Notes under the pieces: model-generated
What the model was told of the DNA's origin: nothing
What the model saw: only the letters and a program-made list of their open reading frames with translations
The model's database searches: none
Made by a program: the position numbers and the translations under genes
IMG/VR virus record: IMGVR_UViG_3300030060_007200
Direction: 5' to 3' (one strand)
DNA from: a virus
Length of the DNA: 64,000 nucleotides
In this document: positions 49,366-58,484 of the stretch, piece after piece
Layout of the letters: every line of letters begins with the position of its first letter
Position numbering within the stretch: the stretch's first letter is position 1

Positions 49366-50405
49366 TATTGTTTCATCAGCTCCATTTGTCCTTTAAGTAA
49401 TGTGTATATCGGTGCTTGAACTGGAGGTCCTGATAGACCACATGATGTTGGATGCGTTTCCTGAGCCAGCTGTGTTAACATTTCCAAAACAATATCTGCA
49501 AGTGCACTAACATTTAATTTCCAGGTTGCAGTAGAAAGACCTATTTCTTTTTTCGCTGAAAGTATTATATTTTCATTTTTTGCATTAAATATAAGTCTGT
49601 CTGAATTTATTATTACCTGAGATTTTCCCATATATGCATTTATTGGTAACATAGGTATTGCAGGTCCTGTAGGTACTGGTACTGTTTGAGCTGCAGGTGC
49701 GTTTGCAGGCTTTAGGTCTATTTTTTGTTTACTTGTTAATAGTACTGTAGAGTCATTGTCGTTAACATCTTCTATATGAGTATCACCTGTGTCAGCATGT
49801 CCATTTGTTATATACATTATAGGGTCACCATCAGCAGAACCTATTGACCATGTATTACCAGGCTTACCTAAAAGCTGAGTAGAGCCTAGTCTTATACTAT
49901 TATCAAACCTACCTTGTATTATTGTATCACCTTCATAATGCTGTACAGGCTTTATATCTTTTTCTGGAAATGTTTCACCTAATACATCATTGGTAAATTC
50001 AGTATTGTTAAACGCCATATTAGGTACCGCGTTGACATTTGTGTCACCAAACATCTGTATAGTATCAACCCAATAAAATTGAGTCTGTCCAGGTCTTATC
50101 TGACCACCTAATGAAGGACCTCTTACCAAAAGTACAATCTCTCCTTTAAGAGGATATGAAGCTATATTTTTATTTAGAGGCGGAATCCAAGCACCTATCT
50201 CTTCCAAATTTTGTGTAGGTCTTTGTCTGTCTTCTCCCAAAAACTTAACCTTAACATATCCTATTTCAGCACCTCCAAATTCCGAGTAAAGCCATTCGTG
50301 AGAATCGTTCATTACAACATCTACAACCTCACCTGCTGATACAAGAGTGTTTGCATTAGAATCATTATTTGTAAAACTTGCTGCTCTTCCTTTATTTCCA
50401 AACAT
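49365..50405 (-). CDS. Baseplate hub/spike protein (gp5/VgrG-like, no lysozyme domain)
   Basis: OB-fold-like YPLKGEIVLL, EGDTIIQGRFDNSIRLGS, INSDRLIFNAK and terminal THPT. Confidence 0.65.
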   Translation of the reverse strand: MFGNKGRAASFTNNDSNANTLVSAGEVVDVVMNDSHEWLYSEFGGAEIGYVKVKFLGEDRQRPTQNLEEIGAWIPPLNKNIASYPLKGEIVLLVRGPSLGGQIRPGQTQFYWVDTIQMFGDTNVNAVPNMAFNNTEFTNDVLGETFPEKDIKPVQHYEGDTIIQGRFDNSIRLGSTQLLGKPGNTWSIGSADGDPIMYITNGHADTGDTHIEDVNDNDSTVLLTSKQKIDLKPANAPAAQTVPVPTGPAIPMLPINAYMGKSQVIINSDRLIFNAKNENIILSAKKEIGLSTATWKLNVSALADIVLEMLTQLAQETHPTSCGLSGPPVQAPIYTLLKGQMELMKQ

Positions 50406-50743
50406 TATTTATTGTCCTCTAAATCTTGTACAGAATCTAATAACTGTCTTTTTTCCGCCTCAGTTAATAAACCTTCTGTGTTATTACCAGTATCTCTTGT
50501 CATTGCTCTTTGTACAATTGCTGCCATTTTAATTAAATGCTCATCATTTTTTACACTGACTTCTAAATATTCTTTTATTATAGGTACAAGTATTGTTGCG
50601 TCTCCCATGTTTTTAATCATAGGCTGTAATTGTAATATAAGGTCATTTATCTGCTTTTCTTTTTTAGCAGAATTGTCGTATATATCTTTCAGTAAACCTT
50701 CAAAAGATTTACCTTCAAATATTTCGTCTTCGTTTATTGCCAT
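50405..50743 (-). CDS. Helical hypothetical protein
   Basis: 112 aa; AGGAG at 50751-50755 and late motif at 50763. Confidence 0.75.
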   Translation of the reverse strand: MAINEDEIFEGKSFEGLLKDIYDNSAKKEKQINDLILQLQPMIKNMGDATILVPIIKEYLEVSVKNDEHLIKMAAIVQRAMTRDTGNNTEGLLTEAEKRQLLDSVQDLEDNK

Positions 50744-50778
50744 GCTAACACTCCTATTTATATATAAATATACAAAAG

Positions 50779-50804
50779 AAAAAACCTGGAGCTTTCACCC
50801 CAGG
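50779..50804 (-). terminator. Intrinsic terminator
   Basis: Minus strand CCUGGGG-UGAAAG-CUCCAGG followed by a U-run. Confidence 0.8.
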
Positions 50805-50832
50805 CTTCTTATTATATAACAATTGTAATTAC

Positions 50833-51057
50833 TTACTTCTTAATAAAGAATGACATCACAACTACTAATACTATCAATCCTACAAATCCACCATTACCTA
50901 GTGAATTTACAAGTGCAGTTAAATTAGCAATTACGTCCATTCCAAATACAGTACCGCCAGTTAAGACAGTCCATAGGATTGTTACAGGAAGAACTGCCAT
51001 CATGATTGATAGAAGTCCACCGAAAAATCCATTTACGTATTTGATTGCTGAATCCAT
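50833..51057 (-). CDS. Small multi-pass membrane protein
   Basis: Start MDSAIK with AGGAG at 51064-51068; almost entirely hydrophobic. Confidence 0.75.
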   Translation of the reverse strand: MDSAIKYVNGFFGGLLSIMMAVLPVTILWTVLTGGTVFGMDVIANLTALVNSLGNGGFVGLIVLVVVMSFFIKK

Positions 51058-51129
51058 AATTCTCTCCTTGTTTTTAATTTTGTTTTGTGGCATTATTGCC
51101 AGCGCGCATTTTTGTTAATTTCTAGTTAA

Positions 51130-51540
51130 TTAAAATTTAAGACCAAATCCTAAAGTAAGATTTGTAGTCTTAAGACCTGTATTGTATACAACTTTAGGGT
51201 CAACATAAATACCCTTATGAATTGTAAATAATTTACCTGCACCGATTGCCATATTATCAGTACTTAAACCATCAGTCGCTACGTAAGCGAAATATCCTTT
51301 CCAGAAATATCTTGCATGAAAGTCTAACTCCATGTCAACTGTTGAGTCTGCTTGAGCAACTGAACAACCTATCATTAGATTTTCGGTTACACCATACCCT
51401 ACAGTAGGGCTAACTGACCATTCAGTCCAAGCAACGTTTGCAACATCACCAGTACCTACGTACCAGTCACCTTTGTTTTGCGCTTGAGATGCGAAAGCAA
51501 ATCCACATACTAAAGCGATTGTTAAAATTAAATTTTTCAT
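51130..51540 (-). CDS. Small outer-membrane beta-barrel protein
   Basis: Sec signal peptide (..AFASQA), alternating beta-strands and C-terminal LGFGLKF beta-signal. Confidence 0.7.
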   Translation of the reverse strand: MKNLILTIALVCGFAFASQAQNKGDWYVGTGDVANVAWTEWSVSPTVGYGVTENLMIGCSVAQADSTVDMELDFHARYFWKGYFAYVATDGLSTDNMAIGAGKLFTIHKGIYVDPKVVYNTGLKTTNLTLGFGLKF

Positions 51541-51579
51541 ATTAAATTCTCCTTCTTGTTTTGGTTAGCTGCGCGCTAT

Positions 51580-52350
51580 TTAATTACGAGATATACTCTC
51601 ATAAATTTTGTACTTCTCTTTGAAGTCACGTTTTATTACATTTACAACTCGAGATATATCCTGTGTCTTTTCATTTGTCATTTCTCGAATTAAAACGTAT
51701 AAAGCCTTTTTATTATATTTTTCTATATTATCTCTACGTCTAAATAATTCCAATACTGCATAAGCTATTTTCTTATCTGCATCTTTATTAAATTTTTCAT
51801 CTACGCTATTATCATATTTTTCAACAAATAAATCTGTAAAATCTTTTAGCGATTCTTTTCTTGCAGCTTGGTGTTCTTCATTTGTAACATCTCTTTGCCT
51901 GTCGACTGCTAGTAAATTGTCTTTTGATTTTAGTAATTTATATGCTTTGTTATTTGTTTGTATACAATAGTTTTTTGCTACAATACTAAAATATGAAAAT
52001 GCTCTACCTTTATCCTCTGTGTATTTTGGAAGTTTTTGTAATAAAAATCCTATTACCTCATATTGCTTATCCTCTGTTGTACCATTCATATAAGGAAACT
52101 TAAATCTGTTAATTATATTTTGTGATAATTTCCATATAGGATAATGTATGTGTTCAGAATAAACCTTGTTTCGTTTATGCTGGCTTTTTTCAGCATTGTA
52201 AGCTACAATAGCTTTTTCTGTAACAGGTGTAAAATACATTTTGTTTTTTCTTTTTCTACCTCTCTTACTCTTGCTGTTCATGTACTCAAGAAAATCCTGC
52301 TCATATTTTTCAGCGTTTTCGTAAAATATATCTACAGGACTCTTACTCAT
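51580..52350 (-). CDS. Late-transcription sigma factor (gp55-like)
   Basis: YF...AIVAYN...SQNIINRFKF...KGRAFSYFSIVAKNY resembles the gp55 region-2 signature; start moved to MSKSPV. Confidence 0.7.
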   Translation of the reverse strand: MSKSPVDIFYENAEKYEQDFLEYMNSKSKRGRKRKNKMYFTPVTEKAIVAYNAEKSQHKRNKVYSEHIHYPIWKLSQNIINRFKFPYMNGTTEDKQYEVIGFLLQKLPKYTEDKGRAFSYFSIVAKNYCIQTNNKAYKLLKSKDNLLAVDRQRDVTNEEHQAARKESLKDFTDLFVEKYDNSVDEKFNKDADKKIAYAVLELFRRRDNIEKYNKKALYVLIREMTNEKTQDISRVVNVIKRDFKEKYKIYESISRN

Positions 52351-52621
52351 CTTTTTTCTCCAAATCATTTTTAAGGTCTTCAATAATTCCTTTTAGTTGA
52401 CTGAATACTTGTCCTATCTCATCGTCAGATTCAAATCCGCCTTTTTGGTCTGCTGACTTCATTTGCGTATACGCATCATCAAATCTTTTATATAAATTTA
52501 TTATTATATCTTCTTGCTCTAATACAATGTCCTCTAACTTATCATGCTTTCTTAGCATGTTAACAATAATATAAGTAGATATTAAAATAACAGGTAGTGT
52601 TGTATATAATATCCATTCCAT
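52343..52621 (-). CDS. Membrane-anchored coiled-coil protein
   Basis: N-terminal TM helix; FESDDEIG motif. Confidence 0.7.
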   Translation of the reverse strand: MEWILYTTLPVILISTYIIVNMLRKHDKLEDIVLEQEDIIINLYKRFDDAYTQMKSADQKGGFESDDEIGQVFSQLKGIIEDLKNDLEKKDE

Positions 52622-53376
52622 TATTTAGCCTCTCCAAATAATCCTGAAAATATATCATCAACTGATTTATTTGCTGTTGCTGTATCTAAAGATTTTTTCT
52701 TGTATGTTTTCTTTGCAGCCTTTTTAACTTCGCCTTCTACCTTGTTAATCTCACCTTCTATTTTAGAAGCCATTAAATCTGCTTGATGTAATACCAAAGG
52801 CATATTTGTTTTGAAATTTCTATCTGAATTATAGTGTTTGAAGTATTGTGTGTTTGCGTCATCATATAAACCGTCGTGAACCATAATAGTTATCATTTCG
52901 TTTTCAGAAAACTCAATACCAAATTTTTGTAGCAACCATAAACTTCTATGTTGTACTGGCATCCAGTTTAGTTCTGAATTTAGATTCCAAAGTGAGCCTT
53001 GATTTTTTCTATGCCATTCGCTTGGGTTAGGTACATATAAGTCTTTTTCTAAATCACCGTACTTACCTAAGTCGTGATTAAGTGCACAAAACATTAATTC
53101 TTCTAATGTATAACCTTCCATACTTGAGCCCATGTGTTTCCAAAGGTCATATGTATGCTTTGCTGCTTTACAAACTCTAATTACATGTTCTACATATCCA
53201 CCTACAAATGCGTTGTGGTAGTTTATGTTACCTGATGCAGGTGTAAACATCATTCTTTCTTGGAATGACTTATACATAGTTACAAGTTTTTCTTTTCTTT
53301 CACCATCAAAATTTTCCTCGATAATATCCATCAAGGAATTCCAGTTTTGTAGTAATTGTTCTTCTGTTAAATTCAT
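52621..53376 (-). CDS. HD-domain phosphohydrolase
   Basis: HNAFVGGYVEH...HDLGK...H...HDG...HQAD. Confidence 0.88.
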   Translation of the reverse strand: MNLTEEQLLQNWNSLMDIIEENFDGERKEKLVTMYKSFQERMMFTPASGNINYHNAFVGGYVEHVIRVCKAAKHTYDLWKHMGSSMEGYTLEELMFCALNHDLGKYGDLEKDLYVPNPSEWHRKNQGSLWNLNSELNWMPVQHRSLWLLQKFGIEFSENEMITIMVHDGLYDDANTQYFKHYNSDRNFKTNMPLVLHQADLMASKIEGEINKVEGEVKKAAKKTYKKKSLDTATANKSVDDIFSGLFGEAK

Positions 53377-53906
53377 GAATTCTCCTCCATTTTGTTTTTA
53401 ACTCTACTCCAATAATTAACTGTTTGTGGTTTTGCCAATCCTCTTGGTCCACCATTCCAGCATCGAGCTATGTGCTCCGGAGTGTTGAGGTTATAGTGAT
53501 TACAATATATTTTTAACATCTCTATGGATTTTGTACGACTCCATCTATCGTTGTATGTATATATTTTATTTTTTAATATTCTGTTAACATCGTCTACCAT
53601 AGTCTTTCTTATTTGTAAACAACCAACAGCGTCTTCGCTTGCATTATATGCGGAATCGTTACCAGAGCTTTCAACAAAAATAAGAGCAGATATCATATTT
53701 GTTTCCATATCTACAAAATCATATATTTCCAATCTATTATTTAGAGTGTCTATTTCTTTATATAAACTATCTATAATATTTTCATACGATTCTAACTCTT
53801 TATGCATTTGCTTAATCTGGTTTTCTGAATCAAGCTGCATCATAAGTAACAATGCCATTGCCGAAACAATGAACAATACATATAATATATTTTTCATATT
53901 AGTCAA
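53373..53906 (-). CDS. Membrane-anchored lysozyme (i-type/destabilase- or SLT-like)
   Basis: N-terminal TM, coiled coil, then VESSGN...AVGCLQI...IARCWNGGP...YW. Confidence 0.75.
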   Translation of the reverse strand: MTNMKNILYVLFIVSAMALLLMMQLDSENQIKQMHKELESYENIIDSLYKEIDTLNNRLEIYDFVDMETNMISALIFVESSGNDSAYNASEDAVGCLQIRKTMVDDVNRILKNKIYTYNDRWSRTKSIEMLKIYCNHYNLNTPEHIARCWNGGPRGLAKPQTVNYWSRVKNKMEENS

Positions 53907-54117
53907 ATAAAATTTTTAATTGTGCAGGGTCTCCGGTTTTTGTGTCTTTACCGAAATGCTCTTCGACTTGGTTGTTAGAATATCCTAACGCTTGAGCCAT
54001 ACGCTTGCAGGTTCTCTTAAATTCTTCAATAGTTAAATTGTTATTTACTTTGAATTCTATAATCTGTGGTTCTTTAGATATCAATGTGCGATGATATGTT
54101 AATTTATCTAATGCCAT
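53899..54117 (-). CDS. Hypothetical protein
   Basis: 72 aa with GGAG RBS. Confidence 0.7.
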   Translation of the reverse strand: MALDKLTYHRTLISKEPQIIEFKVNNNLTIEEFKRTCKRMAQALGYSNNQVEEHFGKDTKTGDPAQLKILFD

Positions 54118-54181
54118 TCATTTACTCCAATAGTTTTTATTATATACTAATATAACAAATTTTTATGAATTATGAAAACAA

Positions 54182-54685
54182 TTAGCTGAATAATTTTGTA
54201 ACTAGTGATTCTGTAAATTTACCGTTTATTATTTTTGTGTAGTTTTTAATTTTTCTTGTAACTTCCTTCTTGTCTTTTTTCCAACGAAGGCCTTTTAGTT
54301 CTTTTTTAAGGTTTGCTATTTGCAAAGCCGCTTTATCTTTATATTCTTGTTTTTCTTTCTTAGAAAGTCTTTTCTTCTTTTCAATTTTTGTTGGTTGTAG
54401 AGTACCTTTCAGCTTAGGTTGTTCTACTCCTTTATGGTATACATTACCATTCCTATCAACAAATTCTTTCATAAAGTGCCAGCCTGATGGTTTACCTGTA
54501 TTACCTCTAACATTTATTACAGGCGGCTCGGTCATTTCCATTACGCATTCGTGACATACAGTAGATGTTGTATCTTCTGAAACAGGTGAAAACTGTCCAC
54601 ATATTTTACATTCCATGTATTTATACAATCTATCTGGATTCTGATTCCATTTATGTCCTTTTCTATATTCTATTGCGTATTCCAT
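54182..54685 (-). CDS. Hypothetical Zn-ribbon protein
   Basis: CKIC...CHEC; GWHFMKEFVD...G motif; basic tail. Confidence 0.75.
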   Translation of the reverse strand: MEYAIEYRKGHKWNQNPDRLYKYMECKICGQFSPVSEDTTSTVCHECVMEMTEPPVINVRGNTGKPSGWHFMKEFVDRNGNVYHKGVEQPKLKGTLQPTKIEKKKRLSKKEKQEYKDKAALQIANLKKELKGLRWKKDKKEVTRKIKNYTKIINGKFTESLVTKLFS

Positions 54686-54689
54686 ATTC

Positions 54690-55670
54690 TTATTTTTTAC
54701 CTTTTACTTTATTTCTTATATTATTAAGTATACCGCTTACAGAGTTTATTTTATCCTCAAAGTCCTTAATTTTACGTAAACCATTGGCTACCTCACCATT
54801 AAGTGTTTCAACTTTTTCTAAGCGATTCATTCCAGACATGTCCAAACCTAAATCTTCCATCTCGTCTTTAGTTGTTATTCTACTAAATGCAAAGTTTGCT
54901 GTTACAACTAATGCTATTGCTAATGGGTCAAATACAAAAACTATTAAAAGTAAAAACCAATTAACAACCTTATCCATAGTTGCGCCTGTCATGTCTGATA
55001 AATATTTTAGAGGACCTAGCTCTCTTTGTTCTTCATTGCCTATTTCCAATTTTAATAAATCAGTATCTAATTTCATTATAGAATCTTGTACAGCTTCTAA
55101 TTTTAGATTTATATTATTTCTATCATCGATTGTTGTATTTAATTCTGACTGCAAAGCTTTTCTAGCAGATGATGAAGTGGTTGTTATTAACTGGCCAGAT
55201 TCTCTATCAACATATTGTACCTGTGCTGGATTTGATAGTGAAACCCTTAATTCTTTTATAGTATTATTTAATTGAGTTTTTTCTATTATTAGGTCGTTTT
55301 TATTATCCTCAAATCTATCCTGCTTTACTTGTAATACTGCCAATGACTTGTCTAAAAACTCAGACTTTGTTGCAGTCTCTTGATATGCTCCTGATAAAAA
55401 TCCGTATATACCACCTGATGTAATTACCATTAAAACAAATACTGCAATTGATAAATATATTTTTAGAGCCTTGCTTATTTCTTTCCAGTATTGGTAAAGC
55501 AGGGATGCGGTGACTAACTTTGCAAACTCTAAACTACCAGCCATTATTATTACCTGGGTACTTGCGCCTGCAAACAGTTTGCTCAAACCAAATACAGAAT
55601 AAAATGCTGCTGACGCTGAAACTGACAATGCACTAAACGCTATTAAATAAGGAAGGATTTTTGTTTTCAT
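54690..55670 (-). CDS. Membrane protein with a long coiled coil
   Basis: Three N-terminal TM helices, coiled coil, ELGPLKYL and FVFDPLAI TM. Confidence 0.8.
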   Translation of the reverse strand: MKTKILPYLIAFSALSVSASAAFYSVFGLSKLFAGASTQVIIMAGSLEFAKLVTASLLYQYWKEISKALKIYLSIAVFVLMVITSGGIYGFLSGAYQETATKSEFLDKSLAVLQVKQDRFEDNKNDLIIEKTQLNNTIKELRVSLSNPAQVQYVDRESGQLITTTSSSARKALQSELNTTIDDRNNINLKLEAVQDSIMKLDTDLLKLEIGNEEQRELGPLKYLSDMTGATMDKVVNWFLLLIVFVFDPLAIALVVTANFAFSRITTKDEMEDLGLDMSGMNRLEKVETLNGEVANGLRKIKDFEDKINSVSGILNNIRNKVKGKK

Positions 55671-56536
55671 GATTTGCTTGGTGGTTGGTTAGAACTATAT
55701 ACCAATGTATATATTACCTTGCCATCTAAATCTTCTTTGATTCTTATTTCAGAATCCACAATTCCTAGTTTTTCTATAATTGTTTGAAGCCTAGATATTT
55801 TTTCAGAATCATAATTGCTTATACAAATATATTCACCAATAATTGTTACAACCATATTGTTGTAGTCATATCTTTTTTCGAATAAATTATATACCTCTTC
55901 ATCTAAAACAGGTACTAAAGGTAAATCATGTATAAGTCTTTCTGAATAATATTTTTGATTTTTTATGTCTAAATTTTCAAACCACTTTTTGAATGATGTA
56001 TAATCACCTTCAAAAATATTTTTGTCATTGTCTTTCATTAACGACCACATCTCTACAGTTGTTAATGCCTCGGGTATATATTTTTTATCTTTACCCATTT
56101 TCCAAGTACCATCTTTATTCGATTCGAAGTTTGTTCTATATTGCTTAAATAAATTTATTAAATTATCTATAGAATTCAACCCCTGTCTATTTGTATCTTT
56201 TATTTTAGGTGGCACATAATCTGAGTATGTATTGTCTAACGTTATTTCCTTAATAAGTTTTGTTAAACCTTTTTTACCAGAATCTAATAAATTTTTTAGT
56301 TCCTGGCATTTTTCGTATTCTTCTGTTTCAATAAAATAATCTATGATGTCATTTAGAATATCAGTAAGTTCTTTTACATCTAGACTAAATGGGTCGTATA
56401 ATATATAATGCGTTTCATTACCTGCTACGGCGAAGTTATCGATTTTTGATTTACCGGTAACTAACCTATAGGTATTTAGAAATGCTACATCCAAACCTTC
56501 AGTGTTTAATTCTTGTGATTCATACGATTCCATCAT
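55667..56536 (-). CDS. Hypothetical protein with a UVR-like motif
   Basis: IETEEYEKCQELKN. Confidence 0.7.
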   Translation of the reverse strand: MMESYESQELNTEGLDVAFLNTYRLVTGKSKIDNFAVAGNETHYILYDPFSLDVKELTDILNDIIDYFIETEEYEKCQELKNLLDSGKKGLTKLIKEITLDNTYSDYVPPKIKDTNRQGLNSIDNLINLFKQYRTNFESNKDGTWKMGKDKKYIPEALTTVEMWSLMKDNDKNIFEGDYTSFKKWFENLDIKNQKYYSERLIHDLPLVPVLDEEVYNLFEKRYDYNNMVVTIIGEYICISNYDSEKISRLQTIIEKLGIVDSEIRIKEDLDGKVIYTLVYSSNQPPSKS

Positions 56537-56558
56537 ACTCCAATTATTTATTTTGTTA

Positions 56559-56792
56559 CCTCTAACCTCCGAAGCTTATACGGTGTGCTTCTTCTACCGT
56601 TGGTTTAGGGTGCCTTATCAGGCAGCCATCGCCATTTCAACTTGTGCGCCAGTTATGCGTTGAACTTCCTTATATCCTTTTCACCGTGTCAAATCCAGTC
56701 ACCCCCATGTTTTAACCTAAATCTTCTTGTGGAGGTGGAGGGTATCGAACCCTCGTCCAACAATGCAGCTAATATAAGTAATAGCGTTCAAA
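56559..56792 (-). ncRNA. ssrA: Circularly permuted (two-piece) tmRNA; tag (A)GAQVEMAMAA
   Basis: Acceptor piece GGAC-GAGGG-UUCGAUA-CCCUC-CACCUCC-A (56758-56730) lies upstream of the 5' strand GGGGGUG-ACUGGAUUUGAC (from 56706). G3-U70 pair present; tag ORF at 56650-56618. Confidence 0.92.
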
Positions 56793-56800
56793 TATAAATA

Positions 56801-57028
56801 TCACTTCTCTACCTGTTTTTTAGGTTTTCTTCTATAAGTTCTGCGATTATTTTTAGGTGCAGATTTCCTAGAATTTTTTCCAAGTGATTTGATTTCGTTT
56901 TTTAGTAATTCATTTACTAGAATTTTATCTTCTAATAATTGTTTAACTGTAACGAATCTTTTGTTTAGATATAGTACTGTTCCTAATATACCTAAACCAA
57001 ATGCTAGTATTACTGATAATGTTATCAT
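56801..57028 (-). CDS. Small membrane-anchored basic protein
   Basis: N-terminal TM helix; K/R-rich tail. Confidence 0.7.
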   Translation of the reverse strand: MITLSVILAFGLGILGTVLYLNKRFVTVKQLLEDKILVNELLKNEIKSLGKNSRKSAPKNNRRTYRRKPKKQVEK

Positions 57029-57300
57029 TTCTTATACCCTTTCCATGTTCCTGTTCCCTCTTCAAGCATGCCAAGTCTTTGTCCTACTTTATACATTTTC
57101 TGCATATCATACATAGTCTCTATAACTCTATTTGTTTCAGAGAATGTTAATTCAATTCTCTTACCATCTATAAAGAATGTACCGATTAAAGGTTGATTAG
57201 CATCTCCTTGCGGACGTAATGCTTTAGCTCCTTTCATTAACTCACAGTCAATTGTTGACCAAACTTTCCCATACTTTTGGGGATTAAATTTCTTTGCCAT
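57025..57300 (-). CDS. Hypothetical protein
   Basis: 91 aa; A-rich leader with no SD. Confidence 0.7.
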   Translation of the reverse strand: MAKKFNPQKYGKVWSTIDCELMKGAKALRPQGDANQPLIGTFFIDGKRIELTFSETNRVIETMYDMQKMYKVGQRLGMLEEGTGTWKGYKK

Positions 57301-57461
57301 GTTTTATTTTTTTTAGCAAATTATGTCTACTCTTTTACATTTAGGATTTTCGACTTTCTCCTTAGAATTATCTAATATATTATTTTAATTTATTAGTTAA
57401 TTATTATATTAGTATACTAATTATTAGTATTATTAGTAATTACTATTATTAGTTTTTTACT

Positions 57462-57500
57462 ACTAATATATTAAAAATTTCCGACAAATAAAAATATTTT
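57462..57500 (-). promoter_or_regulatory. Host-type (early/middle) promoter
   Basis: Minus strand TTTTATTTGTCGG...TATATTAG, resembling the Bacteroidota -33/-7 (TAnnTTTG) layout. Confidence 0.55.
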
Positions 57501-57511
57501 CAGAACTTTTT

Positions 57512-57748
57512 TTATTTTAATGGATATAAACCTTCTAGTAATTGTATCATATATACATTTATCAGGTTTTGTTTATATTCCAATGATTCGTTTTTAGACA
57601 TTATCTTTTCTATATAATGACATACAGGACTATCAGTCGGCTGTATTATAGCGTCGGCTCTATATAAATCAGTGACGCCTTCTGCACCATTATACTTAAA
57701 TGCAGATATAATTCTATCTTTGTCCAAATATCTTTTATTGAACCCCAT
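57512..57748 (-). CDS. Hypothetical protein
   Basis: 78 aa starting MGFNKRYL. Confidence 0.7.
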   Translation of the reverse strand: MGFNKRYLDKDRIISAFKYNGAEGVTDLYRADAIIQPTDSPVCHYIEKIMSKNESLEYKQNLINVYMIQLLEGLYPLK

Positions 57749-58484
57749 GCTTTTCCTCTTTCAATCTTTTGTTAAATAATCTATTTGATTCGTAATTATA
57801 TGTATACAAATGAATCACAGATGCCTGGCTCTTACTAGCAGTGCCTGTAAGTACACCTCCATTGAATATTGAAGACATAATTTTATTTCCTTTTGGTATG
57901 TGTCCTCCCTCGCCATCAGCTGTCCAAGTTATATCTTTATAATGAGCAACAATTTTTCCTTTGCATCTTACAAGTATTTCATTAGCCATAGTTTTATATG
58001 GCTTGTTTTTATATCCTCTACAATAGTCTATCCAGTCTTTATCGCCGTATGGGTCTAGCTTTGTAGATTTTCTAACATTTAATACAACTATTTTTCTATC
58101 TGTATTTCTTAATTCTTTTTTCAGTCCCCATAGGTCAATGTTTATACCTGTGTTTAGCTCGTCTTCAAGCCTATCAAATTTCTTAAAATAATGCTTACCT
58201 CCATGACCGCGTTTTATATTTAACAGTCCTTCAGGTATACAAATCTGAGGATACTTCCAACAAGTTTCTATCAACATTGTTTCGGCATTTGTAGCGTCCT
58301 CTTCTGTCTTAAATCTTCCAAGAAGTCTAAACGAATATTCGTTGTTTCTTAACCAATCGACTTTTTTACCTGTATCGTTTTCTTGTATATGTTGAGTAAC
58401 TCTATCTGTCTGGCCTTTACCTACGTAAGCATGTAAACCTTTTTTAGAGAAATAACCATATACATAATATTTATATGCTTCCAT
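57735..58484 (-). CDS. GIY-YIG (LEM-3-like) nuclease-domain protein
   Basis: YYVYGY...YVGKG..R...E..LI...LLN..G. Confidence 0.7.
   Translation of the reverse strand: MEAYKYYVYGYFSKKGLHAYVGKGQTDRVTQHIQENDTGKKVDWLRNNEYSFRLLGRFKTEEDATNAETMLIETCWKYPQICIPEGLLNIKRGHGGKHYFKKFDRLEDELNTGINIDLWGLKKELRNTDRKIVVLNVRKSTKLDPYGDKDWIDYCRGYKNKPYKTMANEILVRCKGKIVAHYKDITWTADGEGGHIPKGNKIMSSIFNGGVLTGTASKSQASVIHLYTYNYESNRLFNKRLKEEKHGVQ

Noticed and set aside
56730-56760. tRNA-Ala or an attachment-site tRNA fragment
   Set aside because: There is no anticodon arm, and the matching 5' acceptor strand lies downstream followed by a tag ORF. A permuted tmRNA explains it better; no integrase is nearby.
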